Positions 37,459 through 47,484 of a stretch of 64,000 bases of DNA are shown here, piece by piece (positions within the stretch are counted from its first letter, which is position 1; each line of letters begins with the position of its first letter). The position numbers and the translations under genes were made by a program. This DNA comes from a virus. The DNA lies in the IMG/VR virus record IMGVR_UViG_3300035703_000042, positions 1-64,000 of that record; one strand, 5' to 3'. A model generated the notes under the pieces. It ran no database searches, had not been told where the DNA came from, and saw nothing but the letters and a program-made list of their open reading frames with translations.

Positions 37459-39756
37459 ATGACACAAATTCAAGTTTTGAAACGCGATGGAAATCGCGAA
37501 CCGCTGGACATCGAGAAGCTGCATCGCGTAGTTTTCTGGGCCACAGAAGGTATCACCGGTGTCAGCGCCAGCGAAGTAGAAATCAAAAGCCACATACAAT
37601 TCTATCCCGGTATCAAGACCGCGGACATACAAGAAACTCTGATCAAAAGTGCTGCAGATCTCATCACTGAAGAAACACCCAATTACCAATATGTGGCAGG
37701 TCGATTGATCTGCTATCACTTGCGTAAACAAGTCTACAGTAGATTCGAACCCTGTCACATACGCGAGCTGGTAGAGAAAAATGTCCAGCGTGGATTCTAT
37801 GATGCCGGGCTACTTGACGCTTACAACAGCGAAGAATGGGATCGCATCAATGGATTCATCCGTCATGACCGTGATGAACAACTGACCTATGCAGCCATGG
37901 AACAGTTCCGCAGCAAGTATCTGGTGCAGAATCGTGTCACCAAAGAAATCTTTGAAACACCGCAGATGGCCTATGCGTTGATCGCTGCCACCTTGTTTTC
38001 TGCCTATCCCCGGGAAACAAGGATGACCTGGGTGAGAGATTATTATGATGCCATCTCCACGCATCAGGTCAGCTTGCCCACACCTGTGATGGCAGGAGTT
38101 CGCACACCTCAACGCCAATTCTCATCGTGTGTGCTGATCGAGACCGACGACAGCCTTGACTCGATCAATGCAACAACATCCAGCATCGTCAAGTATGTGA
38201 GCCAGAAAGCTGGTATCGGCATCGGCGCCAGTCGTATCCGTGCGCTGGGGTCTCCGATCCGCAGTGGTGATGCCTATCACACCGGTGTGATCCCTTTCTA
38301 TAAACTGTTCCAGTCGGCCACACGAAGCTGCAGCCAAGGCGGTGTCAGGAACGGTGCTGCTACCTTGTACTATCCCATCTGGCATCTCGAAGTAGAAGAT
38401 CTCTTGGTGTTGAAAAACAACAAAGGCACCGAAGATAATCGTGTGCGGCACATGGACTACGGTGTGCAATTTAATAAAGTCATGTACGAGCGTTTGTTGG
38501 CCAACGGAGACATCACCCTGTTCTCGCCCAACGATGTGCCCGAGATGTTTGATGCGTTTTACACCGACGTGGATCGTTTCCGCGAGCTCTATGAGCGAGC
38601 TGAACGCAATACCAAGCTGAGAAAAAAGACCATCAAGGCTGTGGATCTGTTCACTAAATTCATGCAAGAGCGCAAGGATACCGGGCGCATCTATCTCATG
38701 AACGTGGACCATGCTAACACACATGGTAGTTTCCGTCCAGAAGTGGCGCCTATCCGGCAAAGCAATCTCTGTTGCGAGATCACGCTCCCCACACGTCCAC
38801 TCAATGATATCAACGACGCTGATGGCGAAATCGCCCTTTGCACACTTTCTGCCATCAACTGGGGTGCGTTCCGTGAACCCGCAGACATGGAACGAGCCTG
38901 CACCTTGGCCGTGCGCGGCCTTGATGCCTTGTTGAGTTATCAAGATTATCCCATCCTGGCCGCCGAATTGGCCACACAAGGACGTCGTCCCTTGGGTGTG
39001 GGCATCATCAATTTGGCCTACTGGATGGCCAAGAACGACATGAGCTACAGTGAACCCAATCTCGAATTGATCGATCGCTGGGCCCAGCACTGGAGCTACT
39101 ATCTCATACGCGCATCAGCTGATCTAGCCCAGGAACAAGGTGCTTGCCCGCTCAGCGACCAAACAAGATATCACACAGGCGTGCTGCCCGTGGATACGTA
39201 CAAACGCGAAGTGGATGAGTTGGTGGCGCACCAGGATCATGTGGACTGGGCTGGACTACGAGCACAACTCCGTGAAACCGGAATCCGCAATTCTACCTTG
39301 ATGGCCTTGATGCCGGCGGAAACATCGGCCCAGATCTCCAATGCCACCAATGGAGTAGAACCTCCCCGGAGCTATGTTTCAGTCAAACAAAGCAAGGATG
39401 GTGTGTTGCGCCAGGTAGTGCCCGAGTATCGTCGTCTCAAGAACAAGTACGAGCTATTGTGGAACCAGAAGAGTCCTGAAGGCTATCTCAAGATCATGGC
39501 TGTGCTGCAGAAATACATTGACCAAGGTATCTCTGTGAACACCAGCTACAATCCACAACACTACGAAGATGAAAAAGTGCCCATGAGCGACATGCTCAAG
39601 CACCTCATCATGTTTTACAAATACGGCGGCAAGCAGCTCTATTATTTCAACACCTATGACGGATCCGGTGAAATCGACATTGACAAGCTGTCCGCACCCA
39701 GTGTAGAATCACAGCAGGAGTCAGACGACGCTGACTGCGATAGCTGCAAAATTTAA
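37459..39756 (+). CDS. nrdA: ribonucleotide reductase class Ia alpha subunit
   Basis: ATP cone (KRDG), SSC, NLCCE, YY, C-terminal CDSC. Confidence 0.97.
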   Translation: MTQIQVLKRDGNREPLDIEKLHRVVFWATEGITGVSASEVEIKSHIQFYPGIKTADIQETLIKSAADLITEETPNYQYVAGRLICYHLRKQVYSRFEPCHIRELVEKNVQRGFYDAGLLDAYNSEEWDRINGFIRHDRDEQLTYAAMEQFRSKYLVQNRVTKEIFETPQMAYALIAATLFSAYPRETRMTWVRDYYDAISTHQVSLPTPVMAGVRTPQRQFSSCVLIETDDSLDSINATTSSIVKYVSQKAGIGIGASRIRALGSPIRSGDAYHTGVIPFYKLFQSATRSCSQGGVRNGAATLYYPIWHLEVEDLLVLKNNKGTEDNRVRHMDYGVQFNKVMYERLLANGDITLFSPNDVPEMFDAFYTDVDRFRELYERAERNTKLRKKTIKAVDLFTKFMQERKDTGRIYLMNVDHANTHGSFRPEVAPIRQSNLCCEITLPTRPLNDINDADGEIALCTLSAINWGAFREPADMERACTLAVRGLDALLSYQDYPILAAELATQGRRPLGVGIINLAYWMAKNDMSYSEPNLELIDRWAQHWSYYLIRASADLAQEQGACPLSDQTRYHTGVLPVDTYKREVDELVAHQDHVDWAGLRAQLRETGIRNSTLMALMPAETSAQISNATNGVEPPRSYVSVKQSKDGVLRQVVPEYRRLKNKYELLWNQKSPEGYLKIMAVLQKYIDQGISVNTSYNPQHYEDEKVPMSDMLKHLIMFYKYGGKQLYYFNTYDGSGEIDIDKLSAPSVESQQESDDADCDSCKI

Positions 39757-39769
39757 CGAGAGATCTCAC

Positions 39770-40897
39770 ATGAGCGTACTGAACCTAAGAAAAAATCGAG
39801 ATCATACCCAGAGTCTCGCCTTCCTTGATCCTGCTGGCGGAGTAGGCATGCAGAGATACGATACTCTCAAGTATCGCCAATTCGACAAACTCACTGACAA
39901 GCAGTTGGGTTTCTTCTGGCGGCCGGAGGAAGTGGATGTGTTGAGAGATGCCAAGGATTTCCGCGATCTCACTGCCCACGAGCAACACATCTTCAGTTCC
40001 AATCTCAAACGCCAGATACTCCTGGATTCGGTGCAAGGTCGTGCGCCCAGCCTGGCGTTCGCACCCTTGGCCAGCCTGCCTGAACTAGAGACATGGATCG
40101 CGACCTGGACCTTTTCCGAGACCATCCATAGTCGCAGTTATACTCACATCATACGCAATGTGTATTCAGATCCTGCACAGGTATTTGATGAGATGCTGGA
40201 CATCGAAGAGATCATACTCTGTGCCAATGACATCACCCGCTACTACGATGAACTGGTAGACTACAGCGTGCAATATCAACTCCTGGGCGAAGGTACGCAT
40301 TCAGTGAACGGTAAAACAATCACTGTCAGCGAGCGAGAACTCAAGCGACGCTTGTGGTTGGCTTTAGCATCAGTGAACGTGCTGGAAGGAATCCGATTCT
40401 ATGTGAGCTTTGCTTGCTCCTGGGCATTCGCTGAACTCAAGAAGATGGAAGGCAATGCCAAGATCATCAAATTCATAGCCAGAGACGAAAATGTACACCT
40501 GGCATTTACACAACAGATGTTGAAACTGTTGCCCCAAGACGATCCCGACTTTGCTGAAATACGGGGAGAAACACAGGCCGAAGTGGTGGCCATGTTTGAT
40601 GCTGCTGTGGCACAAGAAAAAGCCTGGGCCGAATACTTGTTCCGTGACGGCAGCATGATTGGCCTCAATCGCCAGCTCTTGTGCGACTATGTGGAATGGA
40701 TCGCACACAAACGCATGACTGCCATTGGCCTACCCACTGTCTACAAGGGCGGAAGCAATCCCCTGCCCTGGACAGCCAAATGGATCGCTGGTGCCGATGT
40801 ACAAGTAGCACCACAGGAAACTGAAATCTCTTCCTACGTGATCGGTGGCACACGCCAAGACGTCACAGAAAATACCCTGTCAGGATTGAGCCTATGA
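39770..40897 (+). CDS. nrdB: ribonucleotide reductase class Ia beta subunit
   Basis: FWRPEE, ETIHSRSY, EGIRFY, DENVH, APQETE. Confidence 0.97.
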   Translation: MSVLNLRKNRDHTQSLAFLDPAGGVGMQRYDTLKYRQFDKLTDKQLGFFWRPEEVDVLRDAKDFRDLTAHEQHIFSSNLKRQILLDSVQGRAPSLAFAPLASLPELETWIATWTFSETIHSRSYTHIIRNVYSDPAQVFDEMLDIEEIILCANDITRYYDELVDYSVQYQLLGEGTHSVNGKTITVSERELKRRLWLALASVNVLEGIRFYVSFACSWAFAELKKMEGNAKIIKFIARDENVHLAFTQQMLKLLPQDDPDFAEIRGETQAEVVAMFDAAVAQEKAWAEYLFRDGSMIGLNRQLLCDYVEWIAHKRMTAIGLPTVYKGGSNPLPWTAKWIAGADVQVAPQETEISSYVIGGTRQDVTENTLSGLSL

Positions 40898-41172
40898 AAC
40901 TCACAGTCTATAGCAAGACACATTGTCCTTATTGTGTAAAAGCCAAACAGTATCTCTCCAACAGCGGCATCGACTACGACGAAATCAACATCGAACAAGA
41001 TGACTCAGCTCGGGAATTTGTGGTCGCCCAAGGACATCGCACAGTACCACAGATCTACTATCAAGGTCGCTTGTTTGTCGAGGGCGGCTGTGATGGATTG
41101 ACCAAGATGACTCGACAAGAAATCATATCCGAGCTTGAACTTCGCAACGAACTTTTGAATGGAACCCTATGA
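40894..41172 (+). CDS. glutaredoxin
   Basis: CPYC, TVPQI, GG. Confidence 0.93.
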   Translation: MKLTVYSKTHCPYCVKAKQYLSNSGIDYDEINIEQDDSAREFVVAQGHRTVPQIYYQGRLFVEGGCDGLTKMTRQEIISELELRNELLNGTL

Positions 41173-41468
41173 AATTGGAAAAAAACACAGTCTACACTTT
41201 TAAACTCAACACCGGTGAAGAACTGGTAGCGAGATATGTGTCAGACGAAGGAGATCATTTCGTGATCGAGCATCCCATACTCACAGTGATCTCTCCGCAA
41301 GGACTGCAGATGATGCCAGGCCTGTTTTCGGCCAATCTGGACCAGACTTTGCAACTAAATAAATCTAGTTGGGCCATGATCGCAGAAACCCGGGAAGATG
41401 TACGCAACAGTTGGATCCAAGCCACTACCGGGATCGTTCCAGTCAAGAAACAAATCATCACTGGGTGA
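41169..41468 (+). CDS. Sm/LSm-like phage protein
   Basis: FKLNTGEELVA beta-rich start and TTGI tail. Confidence 0.5.
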   Translation: MKLEKNTVYTFKLNTGEELVARYVSDEGDHFVIEHPILTVISPQGLQMMPGLFSANLDQTLQLNKSSWAMIAETREDVRNSWIQATTGIVPVKKQIITG

Positions 41469-41487
41469 GTGGTCTGAAAGGACACTG

Positions 41488-41781
41488 ATGCCAGCCAGCG
41501 CAAGAAAAACCGATGCCGGAGTCACGCACTGCAGTAGCTATACCATCGCTACCGGCAGCGACGATGTATTCATCAACAATCTCGCAGCGGCACGTGTGGG
41601 CGACTCCAGCACCAGTCATTTACGTCCGGCTGGGCCCATATGTGTTTCACATGTGAGCCAGATCGCTGCCGGCAGCCCCGATGTGTTCGTGAATGGTCGT
41701 GCCATGGCACGTGTGGGCGATCCACTCACGGCCTGCACCACCATCGCCCAAGGCAGCCCCAATGTAAAGGCCAACGGATAA
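41488..41781 (+). CDS. PAAR spike-tip protein (gp5.4-like)
   Basis: GS..VFIN..AARVGD repeats. Confidence 0.9.
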   Translation: MPASARKTDAGVTHCSSYTIATGSDDVFINNLAAARVGDSSTSHLRPAGPICVSHVSQIAAGSPDVFVNGRAMARVGDPLTACTTIAQGSPNVKANG

Positions 41782-41782
41782 C

Positions 41783-44161
41783 ATGGCCACTGGAGCTCTC
41801 AGTTCTAACATGGTCAATGCTGGGAGTGGAATCACTCCCAATGTGGACAATTCTGCACCACCTTATTACAGCCTGGGCGTGAGTCCTGATCTCATCACTG
41901 CCATGGGCGATTACAACGCCCTGCCTCAGATCGCCAAGTACAAGCAGATCTATGATGCCTTGTTTGATGAAGCTGGCTATTCTGTGCTGAGGACAAGATG
42001 GGACGAATTACAGTTGGGCAGCTGGCCTGCACTCACTGATGGTGCTCCTTACCCCGGTATAGCAGATTTCTCGGGGGGTCCAGCACCGATCAACACCTGG
42101 AATCTCACAGCATATAGCTCGGGAGGAGCCGATGATCCCACAGCAGCTGGACCCCCCAATTGGCGTGTGCCTTACTCTCCCAGGGACTACTATGCCATTG
42201 AGCCCGATGCTAGATACCAGACGCGTTTTGTGCTCACCAACGCTAGATTGATCATGGGCTATGCCAATCCCAGGGGCACCGACGAAGACAGAGATCTCAC
42301 CAGGTTCGCCCAAGTCAATGGCATCTGCTCGGCCTGGCGCACACAGGCCAATGAGATGATCAATTCTTCAGTGAACAGCGAGATATTGGCCACGGCTTTT
42401 CCTGGCATGCAGAGTCTCAGCACTGGCGGAGTCAGCCAAGTCAGTGCTTCGTTTGGTGCGTTTGGTCGGGACCTGTTGGCTCTGGGCCAGATGATCAACC
42501 TCGCACAGTTGGACTATCTAGGATACCCTAGCACTTTGCTACGCCAGATACTGGCAGTGGGAGGCATACTCCCTGGCATCTACGACACCGTATTGGGACT
42601 AGGCATATCTGAAACAGTGATCACAGACGCACAACGGGCCAGCGCACCTCTGCCGCCCACCGTGGAAGCCGATCTCTATCGTGCTTTTGGATTTGTGATC
42701 GGCGAAGATCTCGACGAGGTCCTGGAGCTCTTGGACATAACCACCTCGGGCATCACATCCATGGCACAGCTCTTGGATCCTGTGAAAATTTTTCCCGAAA
42801 GTTATGGCACCTTGCAGGTACAGATACCCCAGGACGGTGCTGGGTTCACGTCAGTGCCCATCTACCAAGGCACTGCCATCAACTCTTCGATCGCCCAGCT
42901 CTTCGAGCAAAACGAAACCTACCTCACTCTGGCCACTGTGATCCCTGCCGACCAGGCCCTGGCCAACTCGGCCTTGATACGCAGCCTGTATCAAGTAAAA
43001 AACATCAAGAACATAGAGTTCCAAGATTTCGCCGAGAGCACCTCTACGCTGGAAAATAACACCGGCCTTGGCCAAGTCAATGCTCTCGCAGCACCGGTGC
43101 CTCCTGCAGTACAGAGCACCATCAACAGCAGCCTGGCCACAGGAACAGGACCTGACGGAACTATCACTCTCTTTGACATGATTGGCACCGCAGCTGGTCA
43201 TATACACACGGAAAAGTTTAACCAGACCATGGAGGAGTTCAAACTCATTGACTTTACTGAGTTGATACGACTCTATGATCTTTGCATCAATGTGATCCTG
43301 GGCGTGTATGATGTCAACTACTACTCGATCAATCCTCCTTCCCTTACTTCGGGCGGATCAGGATACACATCAGCATCGGCCACCATAGATGCTCCCACCG
43401 GGGACTACTGCCGGATCATCCCGGCTTTTATGCTGACCATAGACATTGATCCCCTGGAAGGTACTGGCCCGGTGAGTTCGATCACAGCCACCAACTTTGG
43501 CAGTGGTTATCGTGACAGTGACACAGTGAACATCACTATCACCGGGGACGGTGGCGGAGCCACAGCTACCACCACTATCGGACCACCTTCGTTTGCGTTC
43601 GTGAAGTTGCCCGATGGTCGTGAATTCCAGAGCTGCGGCAATGCCATAGCTGGTCGTCTTGAAGCGCTCAAGGCCTTGATCTACTCGGGGGCGAACGGAG
43701 ATAACAATGTTCCTGGTCCGTGGAACACTGTGGAAGCCGAAGCCAAACTGTTGATCAACAACCACCCTGAGCAAGTAGAACAATGCAACGACTATTGGGC
43801 CCAGATGGCCAGCCAACTCAACACCGAAGCCAAGAACAGATACCCAGCCGAGCTGATATTTGATTTCGCAGACCCACCGTCGGACGCCAAATTCCAAGAC
43901 CTCAAGGACAACAGCCGCCCGTCGGCCCTGGCTCTAATCTCTTCCCTGCAGAGTCTGGGCACTAATGCCGAAGAAGGCGGATCAGCTGCCATGTTCGAAA
44001 AGATCGCCCAGACCAACAACCTCGGCGGTCAGAGCGTGATAGCCAGCCTCAGGGAAGGGCGCAACAATGAATCCTTGCTCAATGCTGGTGTGGGGTCGGA
44101 CACTCAACTGGAAACTTCGAATCCCCGGGCACTACCGGCCACTCTTTCGCCAGCCCAATAA
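41783..44161 (+). CDS. large virion (baseplate/tail) protein
   Basis: 792 aa after PAAR; GSGY repeats; C-term REGRN. Confidence 0.55.
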   Translation: MATGALSSNMVNAGSGITPNVDNSAPPYYSLGVSPDLITAMGDYNALPQIAKYKQIYDALFDEAGYSVLRTRWDELQLGSWPALTDGAPYPGIADFSGGPAPINTWNLTAYSSGGADDPTAAGPPNWRVPYSPRDYYAIEPDARYQTRFVLTNARLIMGYANPRGTDEDRDLTRFAQVNGICSAWRTQANEMINSSVNSEILATAFPGMQSLSTGGVSQVSASFGAFGRDLLALGQMINLAQLDYLGYPSTLLRQILAVGGILPGIYDTVLGLGISETVITDAQRASAPLPPTVEADLYRAFGFVIGEDLDEVLELLDITTSGITSMAQLLDPVKIFPESYGTLQVQIPQDGAGFTSVPIYQGTAINSSIAQLFEQNETYLTLATVIPADQALANSALIRSLYQVKNIKNIEFQDFAESTSTLENNTGLGQVNALAAPVPPAVQSTINSSLATGTGPDGTITLFDMIGTAAGHIHTEKFNQTMEEFKLIDFTELIRLYDLCINVILGVYDVNYYSINPPSLTSGGSGYTSASATIDAPTGDYCRIIPAFMLTIDIDPLEGTGPVSSITATNFGSGYRDSDTVNITITGDGGGATATTTIGPPSFAFVKLPDGREFQSCGNAIAGRLEALKALIYSGANGDNNVPGPWNTVEAEAKLLINNHPEQVEQCNDYWAQMASQLNTEAKNRYPAELIFDFADPPSDAKFQDLKDNSRPSALALISSLQSLGTNAEEGGSAAMFEKIAQTNNLGGQSVIASLREGRNNESLLNAGVGSDTQLETSNPRALPATLSPAQ

Positions 44162-44165
44162 GCGG

Positions 44166-44195
44166 TTGACCGATAAATCCCAGACCTGGTATACT
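44166..44195 (+). promoter_or_regulatory. sigma70-type promoter
   Basis: (GG)TTGACC-18nt-TATACT with extended TG. Confidence 0.65.
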
Positions 44196-44349
44196 TGTGG
44201 CAACACTGCGATATCAGGATTCATTTAACAGCGTGAGTGATGTTGAGGGTCAAGACCAATGGTCCCGAGCAGCCTGATATCTGAGATTTTGACCTGCTCG
44301 CCCACCTTCATGGTGCCACTGGATGCGCCAACGAATCACTTGGTCCAGA

Positions 44350-44401
44350 GTTGGTAAGTGCTTGCTAACCAATGTTAGTGAGCACTTACCAGCTGGTTTT
44401 T
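44350..44401 (+). terminator. 20-bp hairpin followed by T-run
   Basis: GTTGGTAAGTGCTTGCTAAC-caat-GTTAGTGAGCACTTACCAGC then TGGTTTTT. Confidence 0.6.
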
Positions 44402-44408
44402 GCCCAGG

Positions 44409-44437
44409 TTGACCGGAAATGAGTCTTTTCGTATAAT
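44409..44437 (+). promoter_or_regulatory. sigma70-type early promoter
   Basis: (GG)TTGACC-17nt-TATAAT. Confidence 0.8.
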
Positions 44438-44469
44438 ATACTCATACAGTAAACAACAAGGAGCAGACG

Positions 44470-44868
44470 ATGTCTACAGCAATCTACGAAGAACTCAGCC
44501 AGCAAGAACTGCGCGAACTCCGTATGCTCGGCGCCACCCGTGAGCAAGTGGAAGAAGCCGTCTCCAGCTATCTGCGTGAAGGCGACTCGGCGGTGAAGAT
44601 CATCACTCGCATGATGATGTCGGCCTGGCGCGAACTGAACTGGGGCGAAGTGGAAGATGCTCGCCAGACCCTGAACCGTGTGAAGATCACCATCCAGCGA
44701 TTCTATCGCGGCGATGAACGTGACTTCTTTTTTGACCCTGCTGGCCAGGCCTACTCGATCCTTTCGGATGCCCAGCATCTCATGGAGTACGATGACATGG
44801 TTCGTGCCAAGATGTGCATCGACGAAGCAGTGCAATTCATTGAAAAAGGAGACAACATCCGTGTCTGA
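44470..44868 (+). CDS. hypothetical early protein with internal duplication
   Basis: AAGGAG SD; two similar helical repeats. Confidence 0.75.
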   Translation: MSTAIYEELSQQELRELRMLGATREQVEEAVSSYLREGDSAVKIITRMMMSAWRELNWGEVEDARQTLNRVKITIQRFYRGDERDFFFDPAGQAYSILSDAQHLMEYDDMVRAKMCIDEAVQFIEKGDNIRV

Positions 44869-45073
44869 TATCTACACCACTGACATCGTCACCACCGTTC
44901 GCTTTAAGGTGCGCCACATTGGTCAGCTCAGCGATGAGGAGATCCAGCAGATGATCCCTGAAGTCCTGTGCTTTGAATATATGCTGGGCTCAGACGACTG
45001 CCCCACGGTCCAATCCTACTCTGTGATATCAGACGAAATCAAACATGCCAACACTCCCGAGGAGACTGTATGA
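44861..45073 (+). CDS. hypothetical early protein
   Basis: GTG start with AAGGAG SD. Confidence 0.6.
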   Translation: MSDIYTTDIVTTVRFKVRHIGQLSDEEIQQMIPEVLCFEYMLGSDDCPTVQSYSVISDEIKHANTPEETV

Positions 45074-45228
45074 AGACCTTAAACGATGTGATTGAACAAC
45101 TGATTTATCTTTCAGAAATTCGCGGCGAACTGGACCTTGAAGGCAATGCCCGCACCGAACAGCGGATCGCCGAACTCAACGCCGAGTACCTGCGCCTACA
45201 GTCCTTGGAACAGCCGGTTGACCAATAA
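45070..45228 (+). CDS. small hypothetical protein (52 aa, not in ORF track)
   Basis: GAGGAG SD, ATGA overlap; MKTLNDVIEQLIYLSE... Confidence 0.6.
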   Translation: MKTLNDVIEQLIYLSEIRGELDLEGNARTEQRIAELNAEYLRLQSLEQPVDQ

Positions 45229-45247
45229 TGGTGATTTCGGCTATAAT
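45218..45247 (+). promoter_or_regulatory. sigma70-type early promoter
   Basis: (GG)TTGACC-18nt-TATAAT. Confidence 0.7.
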
Positions 45248-45276
45248 ATAGCATAGTTAGAAATTAGGAGCCAGAC

Positions 45277-45711
45277 ATGAACACCGCAGTCACACTTACC
45301 GCAGAAGAGTTCACCCGAATCCATAACGCTCTTTGCTTCGCCCCTAACCGAGGACTCGAAGCCACCGTGGATGCCATCCGTGAGGCTCTGGCAGGTGCTT
45401 ATCAGCAGGAAGAGGCTGACTTTGATCGCAAGATAGCATACTACAGTCGATTCCGGGACGACAACGACCTTGAGGCGGTCTGGTCCATCTACGAACTGCC
45501 TGAGTATGGATTTCTGAACGATCATCCCTGGCCGGGTGCCACTGTCATGACCTACCAAGGTCACACCGTCCAAATCGCAGGACCCACCTGGGGCGATTTG
45601 TATCGCGCCGCCGATGTCTGCATCCGCGAGTCGGGAGACTTCCACCACTGCTTCATCGAGGCGTTTGATCTCCGCAACGGCAACGAACTGAGAATGACCA
45701 CCGGATCATGA
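45277..45711 (+). CDS. hypothetical early protein
   Basis: AGGAG SD; TW.DLY.AAD..IRESGD.HH.FIE motif. Confidence 0.75.
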   Translation: MNTAVTLTAEEFTRIHNALCFAPNRGLEATVDAIREALAGAYQQEEADFDRKIAYYSRFRDDNDLEAVWSIYELPEYGFLNDHPWPGATVMTYQGHTVQIAGPTWGDLYRAADVCIRESGDFHHCFIEAFDLRNGNELRMTTGS

Positions 45712-45801
45712 TTCGAGCTCTGCTATTCATTGTGATAGGTATATTCTTGGCTCTGCTATGGCAAGATCCAGCCGATGCATTTTTCCAATTGGAGAATCTA
45801 T

Positions 45802-47193
45802 ATGACAATGTCAAGACCTTGGTCATCAACGGAGTTCAACGGCTTAAAAGTGGCGGCTGATTGGATACGCGATCTCGAGAGTTCCGACAGCAGACTACAC
45901 AAGGAAGCGGTAGTCGAGAAGGCTCTCATGGCTGCTCGACTGGGGTCTTCCTCGGCCCAGTGTTTTCTCTACAATGCTTACCTGGCCTATAATCCCTTCT
46001 ATGTTTACGGTGTCAAGTCGGTGCCGGAAAGTTCAGGCCTGGAAGATCGAGCCAACCCTTGGGTCAAGTTTTGGGCCCTGTGCGAAAGCCTGCGCACACG
46101 ATCAGTGACAGGCGGCAATGCCCGTGCAGCCATCGAAGCCATGATGCAGGAGTTTGACTCTGCTCAGTGGAACGGGCTGGCTCGGCGTGTGTTGATCAAG
46201 GATTTCCGTTGCGGCATCACAGACCGAACATTGAACAAGGTGCTGAAGAACACTGACTGGGCCATCCCCACCTTTGAGTGCCAGTTGGCACAAGACAGCG
46301 AGGGGCAGCCCAACAAGATGCGGGGTCGCAAGCGTCTGGAAGTCAAACTGGATGGTGTACGGGTTCTGGCTGTGTGCTATGCCAGCCTCGGTACAGTGAA
46401 CCTGTTCAGCCGTAATGGCAAAGCCTTCGCCAACTTTGGACACATCGAACAGGCCTTGATCCCGCATATCCGTCAGCTCAGTGTCAAGATGTTTGGATCT
46501 GTCACAGATTTTGTCCTCGACGGCGAGATCACAGGTCGCAGTTTCCAAGAACTCATGCGCCAGGCACAACGCAAGCGGGATGCCGATGCCGCAGATGCAG
46601 TATACCATGTGTTTGATGTCTTGCCCCGAGAGGACTTCTATCGTGGCCATTGGAATGCTCAACAACACAAACGACTGACCATGTTGGAGAAAGTGCGAGA
46701 ATTACTGGTCGAACAATGTCCCTCAGTGCAAGTCATGCCAGGCATGGAAGTGGACCTTGACACAGCCGAAGGACATGACGTCATGCGCAGATTTGCCGAA
46801 GCTTCGGTTGAGCAAGGCTACGAAGGCATCATGATCAAGGATGTTGACGCTCCCTACCAGTGCAAGAGGTCTAGTTTTTGGATGAAATGGAAACCAGTAA
46901 TCACTGTGGATCTGGAGGTCTTGGATGTGGAAGCAGGAACCGGAAAGAACCGGGGTCGTTTGGGCGCTCTCGTATGCGGTGGGCAAGATGGCGGGCGTGA
47001 TATTCGGGTCAATGTTGGTAGTGGCTTTACAGATGATCAGAGATCCGCTATATGGCTGGATCGGGATAGTGTTGTTGGCAGTGTTGTGGAAGTCATGGCT
47101 GATGCAGTGACGCAGAATCAGGATGGTACCTACAGTCTCAGATTCCCAAGATTCGTGAGATTCCGCGGATTCGACAAAGGAGAAAAACTGTGA
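45802..47193 (+). CDS. ATP-dependent DNA ligase
   Basis: KLDGVR, LDGE, EGIMIK, WMKWKP, VGSGF, SLRFPRF. Confidence 0.95.
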   Translation: MTMSRPWSSTEFNGLKVAADWIRDLESSDSRLHKEAVVEKALMAARLGSSSAQCFLYNAYLAYNPFYVYGVKSVPESSGLEDRANPWVKFWALCESLRTRSVTGGNARAAIEAMMQEFDSAQWNGLARRVLIKDFRCGITDRTLNKVLKNTDWAIPTFECQLAQDSEGQPNKMRGRKRLEVKLDGVRVLAVCYASLGTVNLFSRNGKAFANFGHIEQALIPHIRQLSVKMFGSVTDFVLDGEITGRSFQELMRQAQRKRDADAADAVYHVFDVLPREDFYRGHWNAQQHKRLTMLEKVRELLVEQCPSVQVMPGMEVDLDTAEGHDVMRRFAEASVEQGYEGIMIKDVDAPYQCKRSSFWMKWKPVITVDLEVLDVEAGTGKNRGRLGALVCGGQDGGRDIRVNVGSGFTDDQRSAIWLDRDSVVGSVVEVMADAVTQNQDGTYSLRFPRFVRFRGFDKGEKL

Positions 47194-47288
47194 AACATAT
47201 ACCGAGAAGTGAGTGGTTGTCGTATTTGATCTGGCGCATCCGGCGCCTGTTCCAGAACAAGCGTTTCGTTTAACAACAAGGAGGCAAC

Positions 47289-47423
47289 ATGGGTTGGCAT
47301 CTGGGATTTTACATTCTCGCAGTACTCTGTAGTGTGGTCAGTCTTGTGTCTGGCGACCTCAATGTTTTGGCCATTGGCCTGTTGATGAGTATCATGGGCA
47401 TATTGTCAGAAAAACTGAAATAA
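47289..47423 (+). CDS. small membrane protein (44 aa, not in ORF track)
   Basis: AGGAGG SD; MGWHLGFYILAVLCSVVSL... Confidence 0.55.
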   Translation: MGWHLGFYILAVLCSVVSLVSGDLNVLAIGLLMSIMGILSEKLK

Positions 47424-47441
47424 ATCTTGACCCATGTGCTC

Positions 47442-47468
47442 AAAAGCTGTCGCGATGCGACAGCTTTT
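47442..47468. terminator. perfect hairpin, likely bidirectional terminator
   Basis: AAAAGCTGTCGC-gat-GCGACAGCTTTT. Confidence 0.75.
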
Positions 47469-47484
47469 CGTCTATAATTAAACG

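Noticed and set aside
38122-39090. Long antisense ORFs (also 55977-56876, 58791-59606, 46102-46668 and others)
   Set aside because: Shadow frames opposite well-identified genes, explained by codon bias; no motifs.
37459-40897. Introns or inteins in nrdA/nrdB (also checked uvsX, helicase, ligase)
   Set aside because: All are continuous and of normal length.
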